Source: the human T2T-CHM13v2.0 reference genome, Homo sapiens. From it: a stretch of 64,000 nt of DNA. Location: NCBI RefSeq assembly GCF_009914755.1, contig NC_060934.1, one strand, 5' to 3'. The position numbers and the translations under genes were made by a program. Below the pieces are notes generated by a model that was not told the origin of the DNA, searched no databases, and saw only the letters and a list, made by a program, of their open reading frames with translations. Shown here one piece after another: positions 26,081 to 41,891 of the stretch; the first letter of the stretch is position 1; the number at the start of each line of letters is the position of its first letter.

Positions 26081-27060
26081 CCTTCACTCACTTTTTGATG
26101 GGGTTGTTTGTTTTTTTCTTGTAAATTTGTTGGAGTTCTTTGTAGATTCTGGATATTAGCCCTTTGTCAGATGAGTAGATTGCAAAAATTTTCTCCCATT
26201 CTGTAGGTTGCCTGTTCACTCTGATGGTAATTTCTTTTGCTGTGCAGAAGCTCTTTGGTTTAATTAGATCCCATTTGTCAATTTTGGCTTTTGTTGCCAT
26301 TGTTTTTGGTGTTTTAGACATGAAGTCCTTGCCCATGCCTATGTCCTGAATGGTATTGCCTAGGTTTTCTTCTAGGGTTTTTATGGTTTTAGGTCTAACA
26401 TTTAAGTCTTTAATCCATCTTGAATTAGTTTTTGTATAAGGTGTAAGGAAGGGATCCAGTTTCAGCTTTCTACATATGGCTAGCCAGTTTTCCCAGCACC
26501 ATTTGTTGAATAGGGAATCCTTTCCCCGTTTCTTGTTTTTGTCAGGTTTGTCAAAGATCAGATAGTTGTAGATGTGTGGTATTATTTCTGAGGGCTCTGT
26601 TCTGTTCCATTGGTCTATATCTCTGTTTTGGTACCAGTACCATGCTGTTTTGGTTACTGTAGCCTTGTAGTATAATTTGAATTCAGGTAGTGTGATGCCT
26701 CCAGCTTTGTTCTTTTGGCTTAGGATTGACTTGGCAATGCATGCTCTTTTTTGGTTCCATATGAACTTTAAAGTAGTTTTTTCCAAATCTGTGAAGAAAG
26801 TAATTGGTAGCTTGATGAGGATGACATTGAATCTATAAATTACCTTGGGCAGTATGGCCATTTTCACGATATTGATTCTTCCTATCCATGCACATAGAAT
26901 GTTCTTCCATTTGTTTGTATCCTCTTTTATTTTGTTGAGCACTGGTTTGTAGTTCTCTTTGAAGAGGTCCTTCACATCCCTTGTAAGCTGGATTCCTAGG
27001 TGTTTTATTTTCTTTGAAGCAATTGTGAATGGGAGTTCACTCATGATTTGGCTCTCCGTT
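26081..27060 (-). mobile_element. L1PA ORF2 segment ([10 protein letters not shown]...NNPIKK), non-inverted part of a rearranged L1
   Basis: 326-aa ORF closely resembling primate L1 ORF2p. Confidence 0.95.
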
Positions 27061-29152
<2,092 letters not shown>

Positions 29153-30795
29153 GTAAGTGAATTATAGTGTGTTCACGTTGAGTCCCTTGTGTGGGCCAGT
29201 CTTCCAACAAGGCTATCCTTCTTGTAATAACTTCCTTTCTTTTTGCAGAGATACAGTAATAAGTTCATGAGTGAAAAATGAAATATTCCTACATATCTAT
29301 GTACCAAAATCCCAATTTGAATAAAGAGTTAACTATGAGTAAAACTACAGAAAAATTAGAAAGGAATATAGATGAATATTTGTTATTTGGCCTAAAAGTA
29401 AAGGAAGGAACGATGGGGTGTAAAAAGGGTGAATAAAGTTACTCTCTAACACATTAAAAACAGATATGTCCAAACTTCACATTAAACAAATTAAAAGTCA
29501 AATAACCATACTGCAAGAAAAACACTTCTATCTCATTTAAAAGACAAAACAAAAATAATACATAAAACAGATCTTTTAAATCATTAAGAAAATGAAAAAT
29601 TTAAAAAGATGGTATTGGAGTGATACTAGTAACTAACAATTATTGATTATAGTTAGTACCCTGTACTCTATATTTATTCCTCAGAATAATCCTTTGCACT
29701 GGGTACTGTTGATACCAATAACAAATTTTAGAAGACAGGTAGAAGTCAAGTAATTTGTCAAAGATTATAATAGATAGTAAACATTGAAGCTAGCATTTGA
29801 ACCTGGGCCATAAAGTAAATGAACAGGTAATTTTCAGAAGAAGAAAATTCCAAAAGCCAGTAAGCAAATTAATGATAATTGAAATAAAAGTGAATCTGAC
29901 AATGAATTTCCCTTTTCCCCACTCAAACTAGCAAAAGTAAAACATTGACAAGTGAAGAAAAAGAAAATCCCTCAATACATATTAAGTTTGTGGAAAAATA
30001 GCCCTTTCAGTGACTTTTGGTAGGACTATAAATTTATATAGGTCTCCTAGAGATAATCGGTATTAAGTTTCAAAATCTTTAAAAATGTGCATAATTATAA
30101 ATTGGTAGGACTTGAGCCTTTAATTACTGAAGCTTAACAAAAAGAGTCCACCCCAACCCAACCGTTGCCACCACATGCTCAAGTTAGAGAGTTATGTTGC
30201 TAAAGAAAAATTGTATTCATCATTATTCATTTGGAATTCTGGGGGAAAATTTAAATTTTATGTTGAAAACAATTTCTAGAAAGGATTGTTTTCCCCTAGG
30301 GTTCTTTTGGTCAATCTCCTTCTCTCTCAAACTTACTGAATTCTTACTGTTTTGTAACTAGCAGTACCAAATCCCAGGACAGACGTGAAGTTTCTGTCAT
30401 TCAGTTTCAGAGAACAGCATGTATATTGGGCCATTGTTTTTCACTGTCCAGGCTAAATAGGTCTGATTATATTTCAGCAAAGTGATCCTCTTTATCATTT
30501 CCACTTCCTCCTTCCTGTGCTCTGAGACAGATTTTATGTTTGAATTACATAATAAAAGGTAGGAGGGGTTAAATCTAGAGCCACATCCACATTCTTTTGA
30601 CGGTGGACTAGAAAAGAATCCAAAGAGAGGACGCGTAGCACTGGAACCAGTTTTCTGGTTTTCTTTTAAATTAAACTGCATTTTGAGATGATTATAGATA
30701 CACAGGAAGTTGCAAAAAATAATTCAGAGTCTGCCCTTTATTCAGATTCCCTGAATGTTACCATCTTGCAAACCTATATAGTAAGTTATCACAAA

Positions 30796-31582
30796 GGTAG
30801 CTGCCCAAGGGGTTCACCTTGCTTGCTGCCTAGGCAGAGCCAATTCATCAAGACAGGGAAATTGCAATAGAGAATGAGTAATTCACGCAGAGCCAGCTGT
30901 GCAGGAGACCGGTGTTTTATTATTACTCAAATCAGTCTCTCGGAGCATTCAGGGAGCAGAGTTTTGTTTTTGTTTTTTTTTTTTTTTTTTTTTGAGATGG
31001 AGTCTCGCTGTCGCCCAGGCTGGAGTGCAGTGGCGCCATCTCGGCTCACTGCAGGCTCCGGGAGCAGAGATTTTAAGGATAACTTGGCGGGTGGGGGGAA
31101 GCCAGTGAGCCAGGAGTGCTGAGTAGTTAGAGATGAAATCACAGGGAGTCAAAGCTGCCTTCTTGTGCTCGGTCATTTCCTGGGTGGGGGCCACAATATC
31201 AGATGAGTCAGTTTACTGATCTGAGTGGGGCCGGCTGATCCATCAAGTGCAGGATCTGCAAAATACCCAGGCACTTAGGAGCAGTTTACGGAGGGTCAGA
31301 ATCTTGTAGCCTCCAGCTGCATGACTCCTCAACCATAATTTCTAATCTTGTGGCTAATGTTAATCCTACAAAGGCAAATCTAGTCCCCAGGCAAGAAGGA
31401 GGTCTGCTGTGGGAAAGGGCTGTTACCGTCTTTGTTTAAACTATAAACTAAGTTACTCCCAAAGTTAGTTCAACCTACCATCAGGAATGAACAAGGACAA
31501 CTTGGAGGTTAGAAGCAAGATGGAGTCAGTTAAGTTAGATCTCTTTCACTGTCTCAGTCATAATTTTGCAAAGGTGGATTCA
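30796..31582 (-). mobile_element. LTR8 solo LTR inserted in an old L1M
   Basis: Minus strand starts TGAATCCACCTTTGCAAAATTATGACTGAGACAGTGAAAGAGATCTAAC; approximate 4-bp TSD caaa/caac. Confidence 0.82.
30962..31059 (-). mobile_element. 5'-truncated AluY-like insertion within LTR8
   Basis: ~65 bp of Alu 3' end plus A-tail; TSD gggagcagag at 30952-30961 and 31060-31069. Confidence 0.88.
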
Positions 31583-32809
31583 CAACCAAGATACTGATAT
31601 TGATATTGTCTTAGACTTCTCCAGTTTTGGTTGCATTCCTTGGTGTCTGTGTGTGTGTTCACTGTTGTACAATTTTTCACACATTCACGTTTCCATCTCC
31701 ACAGTCAAGGTACAAAACATTTCCGTCACCATGAGGGCCCTCCCTGTCACCATTTTCTAATTGCATTCAGCTGTCTTCTGCCTCTGCTGCCTCCTTAACC
31801 CCTGGCAACTAGTATGTTCTTCATTCCTATAATTTTGTTATTTTACAAATTCAGTATAAGTGGAATTACACACTATGTAACTTTTTTGGACTGGCATTCC
31901 TCTGTCACCACAATTACCTTGCCATTCAGCCAAGGTGTTGGATGTGCCAATAGTCAGTTTATTTTCATTGCTGAGTAGGATTGCATGGCAAAGATAACGC
32001 CATTCATCCGTTGAAGAACTTGACTAGTTTCTTTTTAACCCACAGTTCTAACATTGCTTTCAGCTCTGTGTAGCAGTGATAAGAACAGCGTTGGCCTTCC
32101 AGTGTTTTCCCTTCCTTTTCCAAGCCATGTGTTACTTGATGTGACTCATTGTCTGGGCTTTGTCAAAGCGAGAGGCAGCGTCCTCAGGGTCCGTCTTTCT
32201 TATCTTTGTAACGAAAACCTTGGAGCATTTCAAGTTTGCAGCTTTCCTATTTTGGTGACTCTTGAAACCTCACTGTGATATATATACTGCCCCCAGAGCA
32301 GGCACACTCTAATAATGGCTCCAGTTTTAAGATGGTGCAGCTTAGTAGGAGACTGGATCGTTGGGGGTTTGGGAAATAATGTGGGCTCTTTCTATGGAGT
32401 AATGCAGCTGTATAAACTCCAGGCAGCTTCCTAAACTGGGGTCAGGCCTGTAAATACTGTAAGATTCTCCACTATCAAAGACTACAGCAGTCTGTGGTGG
32501 CAATGCCAGCTTCTGGGTTCCTGTTGCTTACTTTTTTCCCACAGAGAGAAGTTCTTCCTGGTTCTGAGCTGATCCTGACTGGATGACAGAGTGGCAGAGG
32601 CAGCGTGTTTTATTCCTTTCTCTATATGGCCATCCTGAGTCTCTTTGCTCCACAGAGTTTCTCTCATCCATTATCTAAAGACTCTACAGCTCTCCTTTAG
32701 TTGCTCTGGTCAAAATGTAGTTGTTTCTTCATCGCTTTGGTCTGTTTTTGTGGGTGGGGAGAAGTGTAGGAACCTCTAGTCAGTTATCTTGCTGACATAA
32801 GCCCGTGGA

Positions 32810-35750
32810 ATTTTCTATGTAGTCAATCACGTCACCTGCAAATGGAAACAGTTTTCTTTCTTGTGATATGTATGCCTTTTATCTACTTTTCTTGTCTTAC
32901 TGTATTGGCTAAAACTTTTAGCACTGTGTTTAAAAAGAGTGCTGAGAGTGGACATCCTTGCTTTTTTCCCAGTCTTAGGGACAAAGAATTCAGCTTAGCT
33001 GTAGGTTATTGCAGATGTTCTTTATCAAGTTTAGAAAGTTATCCTGTAGTCCTATTTTCTGAAAGTTTTAATTATGGATGGATGTTAAATTTTGTCAAAT
33101 GCTTTCACTGCATCAATTGATATGATCATGTGACTTTCTTCTTTAGTTTTTTAGTATGATGGATTATATTAACTGATTTTTGAACATTGAACCAGCCCTG
33201 TATCCTTGATATAAGCTATACTTGGTTTTTGTGTATAATTCTTTTTATATTTTTTTAAATTCTATTTGCTAATATTTTGTTGAGGATGTTCACATCTATA
33301 TTTTTGAGAGATATTGTTCTTAGTTTTATTTCTTTCTTCCTTTCCGTTTTTGTCTCATTTTCATATTGGGGTAATGCTAGCTCTGTAAAATGAACTGGGA
33401 AGTGTTCCCTCCTCTTTTGTTTTCTGAAGCGATTGTATAGAATTGGTGTTAATTCTTCTATAAACATTTATAAGCAATCCCCAGTGAAATTGGACATGGA
33501 GACTTCTATTTGGGAGTTTTAAAATTATAAACTCAATTTAGTAATAGGGCTATTCAAATGATCTATTTTATGTTGGGTGAGTTGTGGTAGCTTGGGTATT
33601 TTTCAGGGGAATTGGTCCATTATATAACTTGTGAAGTGTATGTGTGGAGTTGTTTGTAGTACCCCATTACCATCCTGTTTATTTCTACAGGATCTATAGC
33701 ATAATTCCCTGTTGCATTCCTTATGTTGGTAGTCTATATCTTCTCTCTTTTTTTATGTCAGTCTTGCTAGAAGCTTGCTTGAACTTTATCTTTTCAAACA
33801 ACCAATTCTTTGCTTCATTTTTTTTCTCTGTTTTTTTCTTTTCAATTTCATTGATTTCAGCTCCTCTATTTATTATTTCCATAGTTCTGCTTGCTTTGGG
33901 TTATTTTGCTCTACCTTTTCTAGGTTCTTGAGATAAGAGCTTAGATAGTTGATTTAAGACTTTTCCCCTTTTTTCTATAAACCCTCCTCTTGGCACTACT
34001 TTAGCTGTGTTCTACACAATTTGGTATGTTGCGTTTTTATTTTCATTCAGTTCAATGTACTTTTTTATTTCGCTCAAGACTTCCTGTTTTACCTGTGGAT
34101 TATTTAGGAGTGTGTTGTTTAATTTCCAAGAGTTTGGTGACTTTCATGTTACTGTTCTGTTTTTGGTTTCTAATTTGATTCATTTTTCGTTGGATAACAT
34201 ACTCCGTATAATTTCAATTAATTTCTATTTGTTCAGGTTTTTATAATTTTGGTTATTTTCTATATGTTGTGGTTTGTTTTATGGCCAGAATATGGTCTGC
34301 TTGATTATGTGATTTGGGAATTTGAAAAGAATCTGTTTTGTGCTATTGTTAGGTAGAATGTTCTATAAATCCCAGTTAGATCCTGTTGGATGCAATTTGA
34401 TTAATACATAGCATTTTTTGGTGTTTCTCTTTGTATAGCATTGGTTGCTATTGGTATTACATTACATACACACAATTATCACAGTGTATTGGTGTCATTA
34501 TCTTATCACTTTGAAAGAAGTACAAAATCCTTACCTCCCTTCATGTTCCTTTACCCTCCCCCATTTATAATAGAATTTCATTACATATTTCTACCACATC
34601 CATTTAAAACCATATAAGACATTTAGTTTTTGTTTCAATTGCCAAACATCATTTAGAAAACTCAAGAGGGCAAGAACAATCTACTGCGTTTACCCATATT
34701 TTTGCTTGCATATTTGTTATTTTTTTCTTCCTGATGTTACAAGGTTCTATTTTTTTTCCATTTTCTTTCTGTTTAGAGAACTTACTTTAGCCGTTATTTT
34801 AGGTTAGGTCTTCTGGAAAAAAAATCTTTTATTTTACCTTCTTCTGCAAATGCCTTGATGTCTCTTTTATTTTGAAAGATATTTTTGCTGGATACAAGAT
34901 TCTGGATTGAAAATTATTTTCTTTCAGCATTTGAAAATTATTGTTACTTGCCTCCATGGTTGTTTGATGATAAACTCACAATTATTTGAATTCTTTTTTT
35001 TTTCTATAGGTTAGGTGACATTTTTCTCTTGCTTTTTCACAAGCTTTTCTTTTAGTTTTCATGCATTTAATTATGATGTGTCTTGGTGTGCATTTCTTTT
35101 GGTTTATATTGTTTGAAGATCACTTATCTTCTTACTCTGTAGGTTTATGTGTATTTCTAAATTTGAAAAGCTTTCAGCAATTAAAGTAGCCATTATTTCT
35201 CTAAGCACTTTTCCAGCCCACCCTTTGCTTCCTTTCTTTTCAGGATTTGATGGCATGAACGTTAAGTCTTTTGTTATAGTTCTACAAGTCCTTGAAGCTC
35301 TGTTCCTTTTCTTCTGTCTCTTTTCTCCCTGTTGCTCCTCTTGGATGATTTATATTGCTTTATCTTCCAGATCAATAATTATCTCCTCTATTTCTTATGT
35401 TATGCTATTGATTCCATTGATTAAAATTTTAATTTTGTGTATTGTGTTTTTCAGTTCTAAAATTTCCAAATCTGGTTATTCATTTATCTTCTATTTCTTT
35501 TCTAAAACTTTCTAATTTTTTATTGAAACTTTTTGTTTTTTCATTTGTTGCAAGTGTGTTTATAATTGTTTGTTGAAACATTTTTACAATGGTTGCTTTA
35601 AAATCTTGGTCAGATAATTATAATATCTTGATCATCTGGGTGTACCATCTGTTGCTTATCTTTATTTATTCAACTTGAGACCATCCTTGTTCTTGGTATG
35701 ATAAGTAACTTTTAAAATTAAAACCTGGACATTTTGGGTGTTATATATTA
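32810..35750 (-). mobile_element. Old L1M (ORF2 region), degraded
   Basis: T-rich antisense L1 sequence; ORF 33255-33467 resembles EELTPIL...[19 protein letters not shown]. Confidence 0.75.
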
Positions 35751-36019
35751 AGTTTTACATTCATTTATAATATCTAATATATTTGTATAGTGTGGATAAT
35801 TCACAGAAAAGAAAAAATGCTCAAGAACTACAAACAAGTAAAAAAAGTAGATTTTGCAAATTTGAAGGTATACCAAATTATTAGCATTTTTTTGAGAGAT
35901 TCACATCCATTGTGATCACCCCTTCCAGGGATGTCAGCATTTTAGCCTCAGTGAGATGGGAAAGAAACAAAAAAGCAAATGCCAAGGCTGCAGCAGATTA
36001 GGTTATTTCAAATACATCT

Positions 36020-36025
36020 TTATTT
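36020..36025 (-). terminator. Candidate poly(A) signal of AKR1C6P (second candidate at 36084-36089)
   Basis: AATAAA on the minus strand downstream of the last exon. Confidence 0.55.
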
Positions 36026-36129
36026 TGGCAGTTGTGGGGGTGGGGTGGGGGCGGGAATCAAGAGAAAACTAGGTTTAGATACTTTTATTTTCTGATCCGG
36101 GGTCTTAGGCCAACTTGTGACTGAGCAGG

Positions 36130-36274
36130 CTAATCAATCTGGAATAAACTAGAAAACTTCCCATCCATGAGATATTCTCTATTCATCTCAACCCAAATCA
36201 ATAAACTCTGGAACAACCACAGACTCTTTTCTTTATATTCATCAAGAAATGGATAATCTGGGTGATGAGAAAAG
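36130..36274 (-). pseudogene. AKR1C6P: AKR1C6P exon 9 (FSHHPDYPFLDEY plus read-through)
   Basis: ttttcAG acceptor; YPF.DEY motif; AAA in place of the stop at 36232-36234. Confidence 0.88.
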
Positions 36275-37357
36275 CTGAAAAGGAAAGGGAAAGTCTTAGT
36301 CATTGTTTCTGGGCTCATAAAGACAGATTTCTGTTAAACTGGTGTGAGCCTAGAATTAACACAGTTTTCTTTGTGAGTTAAGTACAAACCCAACTAGTTT
36401 TATGATAATAACATACTATTGCATGATGCTGTTTTGAATACACTGTGGAAAATAAATATACCTACACACGTGGGCACACATTCACAAATATACCAGTGCA
36501 TTCCATTTTTGCAATATGTCATTCTACAGCTTGAGGAGATAAACTATTTGTGTTTATATTTTGAACCTCCAGGAGGGCAGAAACAAATTCTCTCTTTTTT
36601 AAAACAATGCTTAGTCTGATTTAATATATAAAGTTAATAAATATTTTAAGGTGATAATGAGGAAGGTGATAAAATTATTACTGTTCAATGTATGTCAAAC
36701 ATTCAGAAATGATTTGTCTATGACTTTTCTTGGGAGAAAATTTTATATTATACCTAGAGAGAGATACAGTGGTTAGAAGATGAAGTCACTTCAATGGGGT
36801 AGTTCCATTTTAGCAAGGGGGATACAAATTCTTTCTGTATATGAAGTAATAATTTTTGACATAGAAAATGCCAAGTCATTGAATAGTTATTGTTGATTAA
36901 TATTACTGATATTTATTGTTAGGGGTTCCTGCCTGCATCTCCACTCTCTGTTACCCCTACCCTGTTTCTCATTTTATTATGTTATTTATTCAACCAATAT
37001 GTATTGAGTACCCAGGGAGAGACTAGTTTAAGAACAAAAACAAAACAAAAACCCTGCCCTTAGAATCTAACACTCTAATGTGGTAAAGATAAAATAAGCT
37101 AAATAAACTAGTAAAATATATGGTGTGTAAGTTAGGGATATGTGTCAAGCACAAAAATAAATCAGAATAGAGAGAAAGGCTCTTCTAGGACGAGTTGCAT
37201 TTTTAGATAAGTGACAGAGAAGGCATCATCGAGTGATATATGAGTGAAGACCTGAAGGATGTAAAGGAGTGAGCAATCCTGCTCTATGGGGAAAGAGCTT
37301 TCTAGGCAGGGGGAATGGCCAGTGGAAAGGCCCTAAGACAGGCCTGACATATGTCAG

Positions 37358-37727
37358 TGATGTGGTTTGGCTGTGTCCCCACCCAAATCTCATCTTGAAT
37401 TGTAACTCCCACAATTCCCATGTGTCGTCGGAGGAACCCAGTGGGAGGTGGTTGAGTTATGAGGGTGGGTTTTTCCTGCGCTGTTCTTGTGATAGTGAAT
37501 GAGTCTCACGAGATCTGATGGTTTTAACAACAGGAGTTTCTCTACACAGGCTCTCTTTTTGCCTGCTGCCATCCATGTAAGACGCGACTTGTTTCTCCTT
37601 GCCTTCTGTCATGATTGTGAGGCTTCCCCAGACACTTGGAACTGTAAGTCCATTAAACCTCTCTTCTTTTGTAAATTACCCAGTCTTGAGTATGTCTTTA
37701 TCAGCAGTGTGAAAATGGACTAATACA
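37358..37727 (+). mobile_element. THE1 (THE1B-like) solo LTR
   Basis: tgatgtggtttggctgtgtccccaccc...ggactaataca; 5-bp TSD gtcag on both sides. Confidence 0.93.
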
Positions 37728-38021
37728 GTCAGGAACAGCATGGAGGTCACTGGTGCTCCATTGGAGTCAAGAGTGGGGAGAATAGCAGGACAGGGACACA
37801 GAGAGTTAAGGGAGGGAGTGTCTATTGGCCCTTGTAGGTCTGTGTAAGGAATTTGGTCTCAACTCTGAGTGAGATGGCAGTCTCCCACATATTGAGGAGT
37901 TCCTGTGTACACCCTTTTTAAACTGTTCACTGTGGCTACTATGCCTGGTGCTGAAGTACAGAAGAGGGAGCACTACCAGGAGCCAGTTACTTTATCATAA
38001 AGATATCAGTATGAGTGTGGG

Positions 38022-38063
38022 GTGTGTGTGTGTGTGTGTGTGTGTGTCTGTGTGTCTGTGTGT
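38022..38063. repeat. (TG)n microsatellite
   Basis: Directly visible. Confidence 0.95.
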
Positions 38064-40296
38064 ATTGGGGAAGGGATTGCAGATACCAGTATGAGCCCAG
38101 TTACAGACATGATAAGTTGGAGATGCATAGTAGATATCCAAGTAGAGGCAAGTAGACACATATACAAACCTTGCTCCAGAGCCTTGAACTGGGCTGGATA
38201 TGATTTGGGGAATCTATATTTAGATGATATTTGAAGCATGAGACTAGATGAAATCAACAATGATGTTAAAGTAGATAGAGAAAGGAGAAGAGGTCTAGGT
38301 TGAGCTCTAAGTCACTCCAAAACTGAGAGGTCAAGCTAATGCAGAGAAACCAGCAAAGAACATTAGAAGAAATGGCAAGGGTTGAGGGTATTTACAAGGA
38401 TGTTGGTATATTGATTGACCCCATAATTTAAGTAGGCAAAGAAGGACAGAGGGCACATTAGAGGGTCAAGTAACAGTGAAAAGGTGGTACGGTCAGTGAA
38501 TTATAGCTCATGTGGTAATCAAAGGATTGTTGAAGTTGGCCATGTAGAGAAGGAGCGGGACATGTAGGAGGTGATGACTATAGTGTAAGAATTTAAAATT
38601 GACATCCAGGCATGGTTATAGTAACTCGTAATGACAAGGTCTAGAATGAGACCATTAGGTTGATAGGCTGAGTTAGACTGAAGGATAAACACATTGGAAG
38701 AGGAAAGTCACAAAACTGAAAGATCAGACTATTACAAGGACTGTCTCCGTAGTGTTGAAATCAAAAGAAATTATGGCAGGTCTACTGTTGGAGAGGATGA
38801 AAACTAGGAACTAAAATCTTCGGTGGATGAGAGAAGACCTGGGAATGCAGCCCTGATGACTGCAAAGGACAGGGGTAGTGCTGGGTTTGTCTGATGACAC
38901 AAAGTCCAGAGCTGAATGCTTTTAGAAAGAGAGTTCCTACTCAATATTCAGGCTTAGCACTACTAAGGTCTTGGGAAGGATAACAGCCCCAACTGGAGAG
39001 GGCTGACAGGAATCAGTGCTACCAAGAGAAATGGGGTTTCAGCTATTGGGAAAAGGTGAAAAGAACATTTAGAGAAGACAACAAAGATAAAACGGTTTTG
39101 CCAGTGGTTGAGTAGGAGTTTCAGAAAGCACAGTGAAAACATGTTGAGGTGGTGTACACAGAGCTATTTGGGAACCAGGAATTTTAGGCTCCTGTAGTGA
39201 CTGAACTAACAGTGACAAAGACCATGTTAGCCTCAAGGGAGTTAAGGGGCTGGTTGGCAGGGGAGGATGGGAGTCTGTCCAGGAGCTACTGGATTGCTTG
39301 CTCTTCCCGTGTTTGGAGATGTTTACATACATATATGTACTAAATGTCACTGAACAGAAAAAAAAATAGCTTACAGATTTTTCTCTACAGCCTTCTGAGA
39401 ATCATAGAGTCTAAAAGTTTGAAGGGCCATTAAAAGTCTATCTTTGGAAATAACTTTTTTCCTGCCATTGGATTTTCATTATCACCTCCATTTGCTTGAT
39501 ACTCAGCCTGTTCCCTTTTTCCTTCTTGATTTTCCGAACCTGCTTACTCTTTACTATTGAAAACCCCCCCAGACCTGAGCAAAGTTCTGAACATTGTTCA
39601 GAAACCACAGCTGAAGATCCACCCCTGTGGCCAGCCTTGCAAGAGAGCTGATTCAGGTTCAAAACCTGAATCAGAGGGGGTGGGCTTTGTGATGGAAATT
39701 AGAGAAACATGAGAAATGTTGAAATTTAGAATCAACATGAGAAATGTTGAAATATAGAATCAACAGGACTAGGTGGTTATTTAGATGTAGGGGATGAGGT
39801 TTGTGCCATAATGGTGATGTGTGTAGTATTACCATGAAGAGTATATATAGAGAAAACATTGAAGGCTTTAATTTTAAGTGTATTAAGTTTGAACTGTGGG
39901 AATAAATAGAACTATCTCTAGGGAATTTTAATTTAAAAGAAAATCAGTGGGCTACAAGAGACCAAGAAAAATGTCTAGGTTAGAGATAGAAACCATGGAA
40001 TTATTAGCATGTAGATTGGAGGGAAGCCTAGTGATGAGGGACACACAGAGGCAGTGTGGAGCCAGGAGAGCCCAGTCTTAAACGGGGAGCTTCCGTCTCT
40101 ATTGAGTTCTGCTCACACTCTTGTCTGGGCAGAGCTATGAGCCTTGGAGGAAAAAAAATGTCTGATATGAAGTCTGAAGAAAAAATGTTTTCCAACAACT
40201 TTCCTAAGCAACAAACCCTGCCTTCTGTGGGCTGAAATCAACGGAATTCCCCCACTGTCCTGCTCCCTAGTGTCAACAACGAAACAAGCTACTTAC

Positions 40297-40379
40297 ATAG
40301 ACATTTACAAATGGCGTATATTCTTGTTCAAGCCATCTGTGGTTTTCATGTCCTCTGGTGTCAGCTAGAAGTCAAAAAC
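40297..40379 (-). pseudogene. AKR1C6P: AKR1C6P exon 8 (VFDF*LTPEDMKTTDGLNKNIRHL*MS)
   Basis: 83 nt, AG/GT intact; TAG at 40365-40367, TAA at 40305-40307. Confidence 0.92.
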
Positions 40380-40963
40380 CTGTCAGAAATGTGAGAAGAT
40401 CAATTTAATATCCTTGAGGCAATTGCTGTTCCTCTTCTCCCCTCTCCACAAACAGACAAATCCATGTAGGACTTTGTGTAGGTTTTATGAGTGAGTTTTC
40501 ATGGACCAAGGATTCATTCAGTGGCATGTCATGGGAATTTGTCCATTTATAAAGTTGAGATTGGCATGGTTAATCTTCCCTCAGATACTTTTATTGGGGA
40601 GCCATCATTATAGCAAAGAAATCCTAGAGAATTTTAAGCCCAAACCTCACGTGATCTAATTCCTTTATTTTACAGCTATAGAAATCAAGGGATGACTTAC
40701 CCAGCGCCATACTATAGGGGAAAAACCCGGATTAGGACCCTCTCCTGGACCTTCTCTTTAGTGTCCTTTCCAACTATCACACTCTCCCTTGCAGCAAGGG
40801 GAGACAAAGCAATTAAATATGGTGCTTATATGCTTATATGCATAGAATGTAAAAGGAGATAAGCTTTGCCCAAATACACCTTGAGAGCTTTGCAAAAACC
40901 CAGATACCGTGGGGAAATGATGTGCCTCTGTCAATCCCCTGCTGCCACCACCATGCCCTGTAC

Positions 40964-41129
40964 CTGGAAGTTTTCTTTGATTCTCTTCTCACTGAAGCTC
41001 TTCACCAGGACCACCACCCCACGCTGCAGCTGGTAGCACAAGGCAACCTGGGCTGGAGTTCGCCTGGGCTTTTCAGCAATGGCATTGAGTATTGGATCCT
41101 CCTGGAGAACTGGGTTTCCTTTTTTCACC
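40964..41129 (-). pseudogene. AKR1C6P: AKR1C6P exon 7 ([12 protein letters not shown]...[24 protein letters not shown])
   Basis: 166 nt, AG/GT intact. Confidence 0.93.
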
Positions 41130-41441
41130 CTGAGAGGAGAGGCAGAGGTGCTGCAAGTCTGAGGCTGAATATCCATTTTACTTGCGGGCTGCTTATTTTG
41201 GCCAGGGATGCTAATCCTCCAGAACCTTCCTCATTACCTTCTGGCTGTCTCAATATCTGTTTTGCATCTTTTGTTATAACCAAAGAAGGACAAAGGAATG
41301 GAAGGTGGCAGTTCTATTTAGTTCTTATAATGTAGGTCTGGGTTAGGTAAAAGGTTTACAGATGAATTTATTCCTGCTGTCTATTTTTAATTTTGCCAGC
41401 TGATTGAGAGATTACTTCAGAAGGTACAGTATCTATGATTA

Positions 41442-41756
<315 letters not shown>

Positions 41757-41781
41757 AAAATAACTTTATGAAGATTATTAC

Positions 41782-41891
41782 CAGTCTTTGTCTGAGTCAG
41801 ACCCCAAGGCAGAATATGCAGTCATGACAATGTCCTTGGACTTACAGTACTCCAGGAGTTTGCTTTGGTTGAGGTAAGGGTGATATTCCAC
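41782..41891 (-). pseudogene. AKR1C6P: AKR1C6P exon 6 ([36 protein letters not shown])
   Basis: 110 nt, AG/GT intact. Confidence 0.93.

Larger units (their letters stand above)
36975..39300. mobile_element. L2 element (interrupted by THE1 and a TG repeat)
   Basis: atttattcaaccaatatgtattgagtacc L2 3' end and purine-rich L2 body; ends approximate. Confidence 0.6.
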
